A program made the position numbers and the translations under genes. This document shows, one piece after another, positions 19,110-26,679 of a stretch of DNA of 43,029 nucleotides (positions within the stretch are counted from its first letter, which is position 1; every line of letters starts with the position of its first letter). The notes under the pieces are model-generated. The model made no database searches. It saw only the letters and a program-made list of their open reading frames with translations, and was not told where the DNA came from. The stretch comes from a virus. Lineage: Duplodnaviria > Caudoviricetes. The stretch spans positions 1-43,029 of the IMG/VR virus record IMGVR_UViG_3300028422_001978; one strand, 5' to 3'.

Positions 19110-19298
19110 CTATATTTTCCCGCGTACGCAGCGACCGAACGCGCATACCGGATGTCTGTCATCTGCCCATGTTACCCACACGCATCCGAAGCATCTGTGA
19201 TTATGTTTGGCTATTCTGATCCAGCGCTGTTCTCTGTCCTGCTCCTTTTCGATCTGCTTGAGTACTTCATCGCGGATTTGCTTTGGTGTTTTCTTCAT
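19110..19298 (-). CDS. Small Cys-rich protein (CxGCxW...CxFxxC)
   Basis: GAGGTG RBS; motif shared with 19890-20048. Confidence 0.7.
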   Translation of the reverse strand: MKKTPKQIRDEVLKQIEKEQDREQRWIRIAKHNHRCFGCVWVTWADDRHPVCAFGRCVRGKI

Positions 19299-19326
19299 AT
19301 GGTCACCTCATATCCCGAGAAGGCTC

Positions 19327-19515
19327 TTATGGCCTCCTAGGTGCTGGTGTATTTGGCTTAGTGGCTATACCGTGACGCTTGCGCCCGGGAACGTGCGCCT
19401 CAAGCCAAACCATCATAACAACACATGCTATGAGTCCTGCAAAGAGTATGCTTGCTATGATAATCGATGCTATATCAGCAACATCTGCAGCCTGTTGAAT
19501 CATCCCATGTAGCAT
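19327..19515 (-). CDS. Small membrane protein
   Basis: One hydrophobic segment; GGAGG RBS. Confidence 0.6.
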   Translation of the reverse strand: MLHGMIQQAADVADIASIIIASILFAGLIACVVMMVWLEAHVPGRKRHGIATKPNTPAPRRP

Positions 19516-19531
19516 GGTTTTATCCTCCTAA

Positions 19532-19897
19532 TCAGCCTTCTATGTCAGGCAGGTCTATCGTCTGCCCCGCCAGCTCGTGTGAGCAATCGCCCAAATACCG
19601 TATCTTGCCATCGGTTACGAAGCTGTGACATATGCAGCACTTGAACGGAGCTTCTTCGCCCGGGTGCTTTTCTGCCCAGCGGCACCAGCAATGCTCTGTA
19701 TTACCGTCCATGTAATGCCCGGACTTGTAAAGCACGGACGGCGTGAACGTAGGCTTTTCATAATCGCCGTTAAATTCCCAGCATGGACGGCTTCCTTGTT
19801 TTACGTTTAATACGTGGGTGTCGCCGCAGCCTGGGCAATTAAAATATATCCTTCCGGTTGGTGTGCCGTGTAATAGCTCATCCTTTACTTTAGGCAT
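19532..19897 (-). CDS. DUF6527-like Cys/His protein
   Basis: CPGCGDTH, WEFNGD.EKPTFTPS and CHSFVTDG..DCSHELAGQT motifs. Confidence 0.78.
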   Translation of the reverse strand: MPKVKDELLHGTPTGRIYFNCPGCGDTHVLNVKQGSRPCWEFNGDYEKPTFTPSVLYKSGHYMDGNTEHCWCRWAEKHPGEEAPFKCCICHSFVTDGKIRYLGDCSHELAGQTIDLPDIEG

Positions 19898-20048
19898 CGC
19901 GTTTCTCTCCAATCTCACGTTCATATTTCTTTTCTTCGTCCTTCATGCATTGGTTGAATGGACAGAAATATGTATCATCTTTGGATTTGCGAACCCATAT
20001 GCAACCACAGCATTTTGATTGGACGTATTCCACCTCATTCATTTTCAT
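19890..20048 (-). CDS. Small Cys-rich protein, 52 aa
   Basis: Absent from ORF track: MKMNEVEYVQSKCCGCIWVRKSKDDTYFCPFNQCMKDEEKKYEREIGEKRDA. Confidence 0.65.
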   Translation of the reverse strand: MKMNEVEYVQSKCCGCIWVRKSKDDTYFCPFNQCMKDEEKKYEREIGEKRDA

Positions 20049-20055
20049 TTACCCC

Positions 20056-20085
20056 AAAAGAAAAACCGCCTCGAATTGAGACGGT
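20056..20085 (-). terminator. Intrinsic terminator
   Basis: ACCGTCTC-AATTC-GAGGCGGT followed by TTTTCTTTT. Confidence 0.75.
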
Positions 20086-20220
20086 CTCGGTACTTAATGG
20101 TTCAACGCCACGCTTTATATCGCCAATTGCAACGGTCTACCCTGCTGTGTTTCCGTGTCCATTGCACGAATAGCTTACCGTTGGCGCCGTGCTTGTCTGT
20201 GTGTCGCTCACAGCTTTGTG

Positions 20221-20577
20221 TTATAAGCAGTCTGCCGTTTTCCATGCAGCGTATATCTTTGGGCCTTGGCATGCGAACCAATCAACCATTTCTTCATTCA
20301 ATGCCCAAGCGTCTGTTTCTCCCGAGTGTTGAGCTAAGCCGCTTTCGAATAAAAACGCGTGAACAATCTCATGCCTAAGTTTGGCTTTTTGATATGGAAC
20401 CAAAGTGTCGTGGAGTTCGTGGTTCCATCCCGGATATGTTGACATGTCACAAACAACAATTTCTTTCGCATACCCGTCGCAGAACGCATCGATTTCTCTA
20501 CGCTTAAACGATTCTTCTTCGTCGTACTTTTTAATGACAATTTTGTAGTTAGTTCCGAGTATGTTGATCGTTTCCAT
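20221..20577 (-). CDS. HExxH metallopeptidase-like phage protein
   Basis: LRHEIVHAFLFESGL...NEEMVDW. Confidence 0.75.
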   Translation of the reverse strand: METINILGTNYKIVIKKYDEEESFKRREIDAFCDGYAKEIVVCDMSTYPGWNHELHDTLVPYQKAKLRHEIVHAFLFESGLAQHSGETDAWALNEEMVDWFACQGPKIYAAWKTADCL

Positions 20578-20595
20578 GTTCGCCCCTTCTTTTGG

Positions 20596-20627
20596 AACAA
20601 AAATAGCGGCTCCGTTATGGAACCGCC
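20596..20627 (-). terminator. Terminator-like hairpin just downstream of the late promoter
   Basis: GGCGGTTCC-ATAAC-GGAGCCGCT followed by ATTTTTGTT. Confidence 0.6.
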
Positions 20628-20650
20628 GTCTTGATAACTTTACGGCTTAA

Positions 20651-20696
20651 AGTATAAACGTTTTGGTATGTAATGTAAATGCCCACTTTTTGCCCT
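20651..20696 (-). promoter_or_regulatory. Probable late promoter with upstream activator-binding direct repeat
   Basis: TTTACA-17 bp-TATACT; GGGCA-N6-GGGCA directly upstream of the -35 box. Confidence 0.7.
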
Positions 20697-20705
20697 GCTA
20701 TCTGC

Positions 20706-20894
20706 TTAGGTTTCTTTATCCGTTGTTTTCTTCACTTCGAAAATTCTTTTACAAGCTGCGTCATGCTTACATACGATAAGGCTTGATGTGTAGCATGGCG
20801 TATCTCTGTCGGTATACATCGTTATTGTGTCAAGACTCAAATCTGCTATAGGGCAACCTTCACAATAATCAGGTCTTTCAAATTCAATTTTCAT
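20706..20894 (-). CDS. Small Cys-containing hypothetical protein
   Basis: CEGC...CKH...C; overlaps the upstream gene. Confidence 0.6.
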   Translation of the reverse strand: MKIEFERPDYCEGCPIADLSLDTITMYTDRDTPCYTSSLIVCKHDAACKRIFEVKKTTDKET

Positions 20895-21273
20895 AATTCA
20901 TATCTCCCCTTTCCTTTTCGCTCTCATCAATCAACCCTCTTTTGTAAAGCGCAATGGCAAACCTAGCTGTGTAGTCAGATGTCATTCTTTCAATGCTTTC
21001 GTCACTCTGTCTTAAAGCGCCGTTTTTTAGTCGCGTTTTGCGCCAACTCACCCAGAACGCGCCATCTCTTTCAATGTTTATATAGATATTTACGCCGGCC
21101 GCAGGATGGATAACGTACTTACTTTCCATGCTGCTTCTTTTCGCGCGAAGACAGAACATATCAAACTCTTTGCACAACTCTTTTTCTCTTTCGCCTTCAT
21201 CTTCAGTAAGGCGCCACTCGTAATATTTTCTACTTAAATGCTCTATCCATAGTTTCTCAATAATTTTTAACAT
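20884..21273 (-). CDS. Hypothetical protein
   Basis: AAGGTG RBS, 129 aa. Confidence 0.65.
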   Translation of the reverse strand: MLKIIEKLWIEHLSRKYYEWRLTEDEGEREKELCKEFDMFCLRAKRSSMESKYVIHPAAGVNIYINIERDGAFWVSWRKTRLKNGALRQSDESIERMTSDYTARFAIALYKRGLIDESEKERGDMNYEN

Positions 21274-21345
21274 ATGCTTTCACCTTCCTTCTATTTAATC
21301 GGAGAGTCTTAATGCCGTTCTGATCACTCTGCATCTGCGTCATAT

Positions 21346-22596
21346 TCAAGCACATCTTCGGGTATTGTCAAACATCACAAGCTTATCTATGCGGTCAAAG
21401 ATACATGGTCGCTCATCGATCACCTTATTCACATCAAGGACATCAAACATAGACAGCTGGCCATTGCTTCTCGCAACCCTCAGTTTATTAAGCTCCGCCG
21501 CCATTCCTTTTTTCATAAACATTTCCCAATGCTTGGGGTGAGTCCGCCGAAGCATGGCCATGTGATTATTTTTATAAAGAAGGTCGGTTCCGCATCCCAT
21601 GCATCCATTGCGCTTTATTTTATGGAATATGCCTTCATCGTCCGTCCACCCCATGTCATAAAGCGGTGAATACGGAACGTGGTAGCGATTGATGTATTCC
21701 CAAATATCATCATCCGTCCAAATAGATAGAGGATTGCAATGATAAAATGAATCGCTGCCCAAGTGCGGCCTTGATGATTCAAACAGATATCCACGTGAGA
21801 TGAAGTTCGTCTGGCGTGAACGTGACTCCGCCGCCATCAACCCTTTAAAAATCACATCAACGTGCAGCTCTGCCTGAAGCTTCTCACTGGGTTCTTTTTT
21901 GAGCGTGTCGCAGCACGCCTGTGATATCTTTACATCTCGCAGGATGTCGTAATAGGCAAGCAATTTGGGGTCAATGCTTTCACTTTTAGAAAACTTAAGA
22001 AAGCAGTCTATATTGATTCGATGGGCTTTCAATTTTGAAAATGCTTTACCCAAGAGCGGCCAGCCGTACTGATCAATGCACCACCAATAGTTTTTTCTGT
22101 GCCCTTCTGGCCATATGAGATGTTCACGCTGAAACTTTTCTATCAGATGTGCCGGGCACGCGGTTTCGAGAGAAGCTGTGCTCTTAAGTTTTCCGTCCTC
22201 TTTAAGCAACTCGTCTATACGCTCGTTGTCGACATAATACTGCAACACTTCCTGTTGCGCGGAATATTTTAACCCAGAACATCCAGTCTTAAGCGGCTGT
22301 GCTTCATGGAACCTATCTCCGCCCCATTCTTGTCCGATCTTACGTGCAAAGCTAAGGCTTTCAGGATATTCAACGCCTGTATTTCCAAAGATTATATGAA
22401 TCTTATCCGCCGCGTCAGGGAAAAACCGCCGAATTAAGTCCCACAGTACAGTGCTATCCTTCCCGCCGCTAAAAGCGAGAGACATGTTATGTTTTGATAC
22501 TGCAATTCCGTTTGAAATAGCATCTACGGCCTTTTTTATTTTATAATCAAGGTCTTTACCTTGTTCTATGGCAAGCTCTTTGTAGCTGATATACAT
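21346..22596 (-). CDS. PAPS reductase-family (PP-loop, Fe-S) protein
   Basis: FSGGKDS PP-loop, NTGVEYPE, CC..LKKEP, WTDDDIWEY and RNGCMGC motifs. Confidence 0.9.
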   Translation of the reverse strand: MYISYKELAIEQGKDLDYKIKKAVDAISNGIAVSKHNMSLAFSGGKDSTVLWDLIRRFFPDAADKIHIIFGNTGVEYPESLSFARKIGQEWGGDRFHEAQPLKTGCSGLKYSAQQEVLQYYVDNERIDELLKEDGKLKSTASLETACPAHLIEKFQREHLIWPEGHRKNYWWCIDQYGWPLLGKAFSKLKAHRINIDCFLKFSKSESIDPKLLAYYDILRDVKISQACCDTLKKEPSEKLQAELHVDVIFKGLMAAESRSRQTNFISRGYLFESSRPHLGSDSFYHCNPLSIWTDDDIWEYINRYHVPYSPLYDMGWTDDEGIFHKIKRNGCMGCGTDLLYKNNHMAMLRRTHPKHWEMFMKKGMAAELNKLRVARSNGQLSMFDVLDVNKVIDERPCIFDRIDKLVMFDNTRRCA

Positions 22597-22616
22597 ATTA
22601 ATCCCTCACAATTTTG

Positions 22617-23162
22617 TTATTCCCGATCAATCGACTGTATCCCGAACAGCAGCGCCCCCATCTTGTCACAGGCAGCTTCAAAGTCTTTGTACACCGTCCT
22701 GTTATCGATGCCCTCTTTATCGGCTATATCGCCCACCTGCAGCGGTTCATCCAACAGGCACATGGCTTCAAGTACGCGATACCGGCGCTGCTCCTCTGGC
22801 TTTTTGGATGCATAGCATATCTGTTCGTACGTATGGAGCATAGAATCAATATGAGCCAGCATGATGGCCGAGCGTGCCTTTGATCTCTTGATGGCCACGA
22901 CATCGATATCGTCATTCTCCATGAGATCTCTGAAGAACTCATAGTCTTCTGTCACGACTTCGGAAAGAGAAGCAATGGCATCACCGGCATGTATTTTGAT
23001 CTCACGGTAGTTTCTCATAAGGCGCTTTGTATCGCGCAAGCGGCGGTTGATGCGCTGCTGCTTGCCTTTTTGCTGCTCACGGGTATAGAACTCAAGCGCG
23101 ATCTTTGATGCGACCTCTGCGGCCACACGAGCGACGCCATCTTGCGGTTTATCTTTAGACAT
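22617..23162 (-). CDS. Late transcriptional activator (ArpU/RinA-like, C-terminal HTH)
   Basis: LMRNYR...HID...IADKEGIDNRTVYK...LLFG; last gene of the early region. Confidence 0.75.
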   Translation of the reverse strand: MSKDKPQDGVARVAAEVASKIALEFYTREQQKGKQQRINRRLRDTKRLMRNYREIKIHAGDAIASLSEVVTEDYEFFRDLMENDDIDVVAIKRSKARSAIMLAHIDSMLHTYEQICYASKKPEEQRRYRVLEAMCLLDEPLQVGDIADKEGIDNRTVYKDFEAACDKMGALLFGIQSIDRE

Positions 23163-23175
23163 ATATGTTTCCCCC

Positions 23176-23397
23176 TTATCTCATATGGTTTCGTTTGATA
23201 CAGGCTGCTACCCTGTCCTTCTTGACCTCACCGATTGCCAACCGGCTTGCTTTCATCGCATGAAGATGATTGCGATATGCTTCTTGTTTTTCTGCGTATT
23301 CCTTGTGCTTTGAACACGAGCCGTCAAATTTGCATGTGACCGATCTGTCGGCGCATTCAGGGACACATGGATTTATTGGTTTATTCAAAGTCCTCAC
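23176..23397 (-). CDS. Small Cys-rich hypothetical protein
   Basis: PCVPECADR..TC....C. Confidence 0.65.
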   Translation of the reverse strand: MRTLNKPINPCVPECADRSVTCKFDGSCSKHKEYAEKQEAYRNHLHAMKASRLAIGEVKKDRVAACIKRNHMR

Positions 23398-23477
23398 ATT
23401 CCCTCATTTTAAATTGTTGCTCCGGCATCCTTGCTATCTATTTGGTTGTGTCGTACACTCTATCTGAGGTGACCTTT

Positions 23478-23684
23478 ATGCGTATAGATTCAACAGACAA
23501 ATGGGACGATGTTGCCCGGCGACTTTCAGAACAGGGCTATAGCTTGTGGCAGACGCAATTCGATACCGACGATCCGCATGGGTTCATTGCGCGTTTCATG
23601 ACTTCTGACGATACAAAACCGCGTGTTGAGCATGTCACCTATGACGCGAAAGTTCGTGATGCTATGCTGCGGTATAAGTTATAG
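23478..23684 (+). CDS. Counter-oriented hypothetical protein, 68 aa
   Basis: GAGGTG RBS before ATG 23478; fills a gap in the - strand operon. Confidence 0.65.
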   Translation: MRIDSTDKWDDVARRLSEQGYSLWQTQFDTDDPHGFIARFMTSDDTKPRVEHVTYDAKVRDAMLRYKL

Positions 23685-24368
23685 CTTCCATCCCTGCGGA
23701 AACTCTTTCCGTAAATCTGATCCAAAGCAAAACAACCTGTCTTCTAAACTGTCTTTCATAAAAAAGGGTATTTTATATGCCGTTGCCTGCTCCGACATTT
23801 CTTCTATCCAATCAGTGCGTGTCACGTGCTGCGGCTTCCCGTTCTTGGTCAAGTCGCCTACTATCCACCACATACAGCGCAAGCTACAAAGCACATCTGG
23901 CGATATCCGTTCCATCAGAGGTTCAAAGCTGATGAAGTCAGCACCGCCAGCATCGATCACAGCCTGAGCTTGTGCGTTGTTGGTGACGGTGGCGCCGATT
24001 AAAAAGTTTGCAGGGCATGGAATTGAATCGGAATACAATCTTTTTATACGATTGATAGCCACATAACTTTTCGTCAACGCAAGGTAAATATTATGGTTGT
24101 TCTCGACCATTGCCGCCACTGTATCGGTGATCCAAAAAGGCTCCCAATGCGCTATATCACTCATGCTGTCAATAAAAATGATCATCGGTTCCTTGGTGCG
24201 AAACTCTTTCAGCCTATTCGGGAAAAACTGCGGCTTTGAGAAGTCGGGCACCCAATGAAAGCGGTTGTTCATTGATCTCGCATAGCAGTATTCACATCCG
24301 TTCGGACACCCGCAGACAGGATTCGCAGTCTTGTCACACCACCCAATGTTATTGCCTTTGCGTTTCAT
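23679..24368 (-). CDS. DUF5131 (Gp37/Gp68) radical-SAM-like protein
   Basis: IGWCD..NP..GCPNGCEYCYA, SMSD, LTK, SFEP and PFFMK motifs. Confidence 0.85.
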   Translation of the reverse strand: MKRKGNNIGWCDKTANPVCGCPNGCEYCYARSMNNRFHWVPDFSKPQFFPNRLKEFRTKEPMIIFIDSMSDIAHWEPFWITDTVAAMVENNHNIYLALTKSYVAINRIKRLYSDSIPCPANFLIGATVTNNAQAQAVIDAGGADFISFEPLMERISPDVLCSLRCMWWIVGDLTKNGKPQHVTRTDWIEEMSEQATAYKIPFFMKDSLEDRLFCFGSDLRKEFPQGWKL

Positions 24369-24553
24369 ACGCTCACATCCTCTCCAGCAAACCATCGACG
24401 ACATGCTTTTTCCGGGTACACCCATTCCCTGCCTATCTTTTTACGCGGCATGCCTTGAGCCGCCCATTTGTATATCTGATCTTCTCTTTCAACATAAAAA
24501 GCTTTCATGAACTCTGCTTTAGACAGATATATTTCATCATCCATTTGTTTCAC
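24365..24553 (-). CDS. Small winged-HTH (Xis/AlpA-like) protein
   Basis: IYKWAAQGMPRKKIGREWVY. Confidence 0.7.
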   Translation of the reverse strand: MKQMDDEIYLSKAEFMKAFYVEREDQIYKWAAQGMPRKKIGREWVYPEKACRRWFAGEDVSV

Positions 24554-24560
24554 CTCTTAT

Positions 24561-25079
24561 TTATTTCGGCCACTCACCGTATTGCACATAGTAAATGTTT
24601 GCATCTCGCGCTCGTTTTAGGCTCTCAAGGCTCTCTCCGCTGTTCCCGCCGTCTGGATGCGCTTCTTTTGCCTTTTGCCGAAAAAAAGCATTGACCTGAT
24701 CGACGCTTTCAGGCTCAGATTCGAACCCAAGGATACGAAACGGCCCAGGCCGCTCTTTTGGTGCTTCGATAAATTTCATTCCAGCGAGAAGCGTTTCCCA
24801 TGTGAATATCCCAAGCTTACGAACTCTCGCCAACGCTTCAAGCGATAAAACCAATTGAGCGAACACGTCACTCACATACGATGATTTCAGCCCCGCCGCT
24901 TTTGCCCTCTCAAGGCTATGTTCGAACTTATAAAACCGTCCGTTAAGATCGAAGCTTATCCATACGTTTCCAAGGCGATCCCAATTGTACATAAGATTTT
25001 GCGCTTCCATTTTGTCGATCAATGATTTCAATTTTTTCTCGTACATTTCGGCGCTCGCGTATTGTTTTTTATTTGCCAT
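24561..25079 (-). CDS. Protein with C-terminal J domain
   Basis: FRILG...FRQKAKEAHPDGG (HPD motif). Confidence 0.8.
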   Translation of the reverse strand: MANKKQYASAEMYEKKLKSLIDKMEAQNLMYNWDRLGNVWISFDLNGRFYKFEHSLERAKAAGLKSSYVSDVFAQLVLSLEALARVRKLGIFTWETLLAGMKFIEAPKERPGPFRILGFESEPESVDQVNAFFRQKAKEAHPDGGNSGESLESLKRARDANIYYVQYGEWPK

Positions 25080-25261
25080 CACCGGCCTCCTCTCCAAACT
25101 CTTCAATAAAAAGTGCATCGATGTCTTTCTGAGCTTTCTCAGACAATCCAGTGTCATCAACCCCATCCGCATTTACAGCGCAGCGGGCCATATCCACCGC
25201 TCCCACAAAACGCACCGCATTTCGGACATTCACCGTCAATAAATATGAATGACTGCTTCAT
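25069..25261 (-). pseudogene. Small zinc-ribbon gene interrupted by an apparent 1-nt insertion
   Basis: MKQSFIFIDGECPKCGAFC...RCKCGWG stops at 25157; removing one G from the G4 run (25161-25164) extends it through VDDTGLSEKAQKDIDALFIEEFGEEAGDGK to overlap the next start. Confidence 0.5.
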
Positions 25262-25704
25262 AGTTGTAGCCCCTCCCAGTTCCATAATCTTTGACCACCT
25301 CGCGCGGGTATAGGCTCGTTCAGCATCTTAACTTTGGCTATCTCCCATGCATATCTGCCTGGTGTCCAATCTCCGAAGAGAAGCTCGTTATAGCTGATCA
25401 CCTTGTTTTTGATACGAAAAACGTTGTATTCATCCCTAGCCATCTTGTGGCAATCAACAAGCTCTGCCGTGGCTACGATGCACCCATAAGGCAATTCGCC
25501 AAAGCTGTAAATATCCTTGAGGTTGAGCGCGTTTGCAAAGGGATAAAGCTCCCTGTCAAAATACGTGTCGGTATCAAACGGCTTTTTGGCCGCATGGATC
25601 GCTATCGGTCCTCTGTACGATGTCGCCCAGCTGCGGGTTTCATACTGCTTCATGCCGCACGCCCACAGGGACGCCCACGGCTGCCAGAGAGTTATTGCTT
25701 TCAT
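25258..25704 (-). CDS. ASCH domain protein
   Basis: MKAITLWQPWASL, K.YETRSW, YRGPIAIHA and PARGGQRLWNW motifs. Confidence 0.92.
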   Translation of the reverse strand: MKAITLWQPWASLWACGMKQYETRSWATSYRGPIAIHAAKKPFDTDTYFDRELYPFANALNLKDIYSFGELPYGCIVATAELVDCHKMARDEYNVFRIKNKVISYNELLFGDWTPGRYAWEIAKVKMLNEPIPARGGQRLWNWEGLQL

Positions 25705-25937
25705 ACGGGCTGCTCCTTTTTCTTTATGAGTTTCCTCACAAGTTCTTTCGGATGGATCTCTTTTGCCCCATATCTTCGGGCTTTATCGCGCATCCTCTGA
25801 GTCGTCAAGGCATAATGTGAATACCAGCCTTTTTCTTGATACCATTCACGTTTCAGGCCGATTTCTTGGGCGAATGCGTGAAGCTCATCCGGTTCGCAAT
25901 CAGTGATCATGTGTCCTATGTTATCAAAGAAAATCAT
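25701..25937 (-). CDS. DUF4031-like protein
   Basis: HMITD...ELHAFA..IGLKREWYQ...HY. Confidence 0.8.
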   Translation of the reverse strand: MIFFDNIGHMITDCEPDELHAFAQEIGLKREWYQEKGWYSHYALTTQRMRDKARRYGAKEIHPKELVRKLIKKKEQPV

Positions 25938-26167
25938 TCTGGTTCTATATCAGGCTCTGGCATGTTTGCGCAATCCGTTGCCATAAAGCCTATAAACTCT
26001 GTCAACTCTTCGAACGCATCTTGAAATTCGTCCGCGATGTCTTTGTATTCCGGCGACGGAACGACTTTGCCGTCACAGCCTGATTTCAGACATTTGTCGC
26101 TTATCCCTGATTCAGATTTGGCAGCTGAGAAGCTATACTTTCCACAGCTCGTGCAAATGTATCTCAT
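25934..26167 (-). CDS. Small zinc-ribbon protein
   Basis: CTSCG...C....C. Confidence 0.65.
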   Translation of the reverse strand: MRYICTSCGKYSFSAAKSESGISDKCLKSGCDGKVVPSPEYKDIADEFQDAFEELTEFIGFMATDCANMPEPDIEPE

Positions 26168-26679
26168 CCCTTTTTTGCTCCTTTCGCATACCGCCTGATT
26201 GTTTCATAACAGCCTGTCTTATTATTGAGCTGGACCGCAACAGGACTTCCACAATCAAGACACGGAATATCGAACATGCTGTCTGATATATTGGTTCCAT
26301 ATCTAAATCGACGACCGCATTCACATGCTACAAAAAGAGGAATCAAAGCAGATGGTAAGTCGCTTGTTTTGCGGCATGAAGTGCAGAAATATGAACTTAT
26401 ATTGGTTCTTGCGTTGAAGCTCCTTATATCTCCACAATTCGGACATTGGATGTGCATAAAACCTTTATGGGATGTCTGTTCGTGTCCTTGTATGAATGTG
26501 GCTGTCTCTTCTTTGACTGATGGCGTTGGAACCTCAACCGGTTCATGCGTCACGTTGTTTTTTTGGTTGATCTCCGCTTTTATAAGGTCTTGCACTATCA
26601 TGCGGAACTGGATTGTACACTCGGGCTCTGGCAGCTCTGCCGAAAAAGTGTTTTGTCCGGCTAATACTGTAAGTTTCAT
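26164..26679 (-). CDS. Double zinc-ribbon protein
   Basis: CPNC, CTSC, CEC and CLDC. Confidence 0.75.
   Translation of the reverse strand: MKLTVLAGQNTFSAELPEPECTIQFRMIVQDLIKAEINQKNNVTHEPVEVPTPSVKEETATFIQGHEQTSHKGFMHIQCPNCGDIRSFNARTNISSYFCTSCRKTSDLPSALIPLFVACECGRRFRYGTNISDSMFDIPCLDCGSPVAVQLNNKTGCYETIRRYAKGAKKG

Noticed and set aside
20078-20088. GAGACGGTCTC, one mismatch from the reverse-complement iteron
   Set aside because: Single copy that is largely explained as a terminator stem arm; likely coincidence
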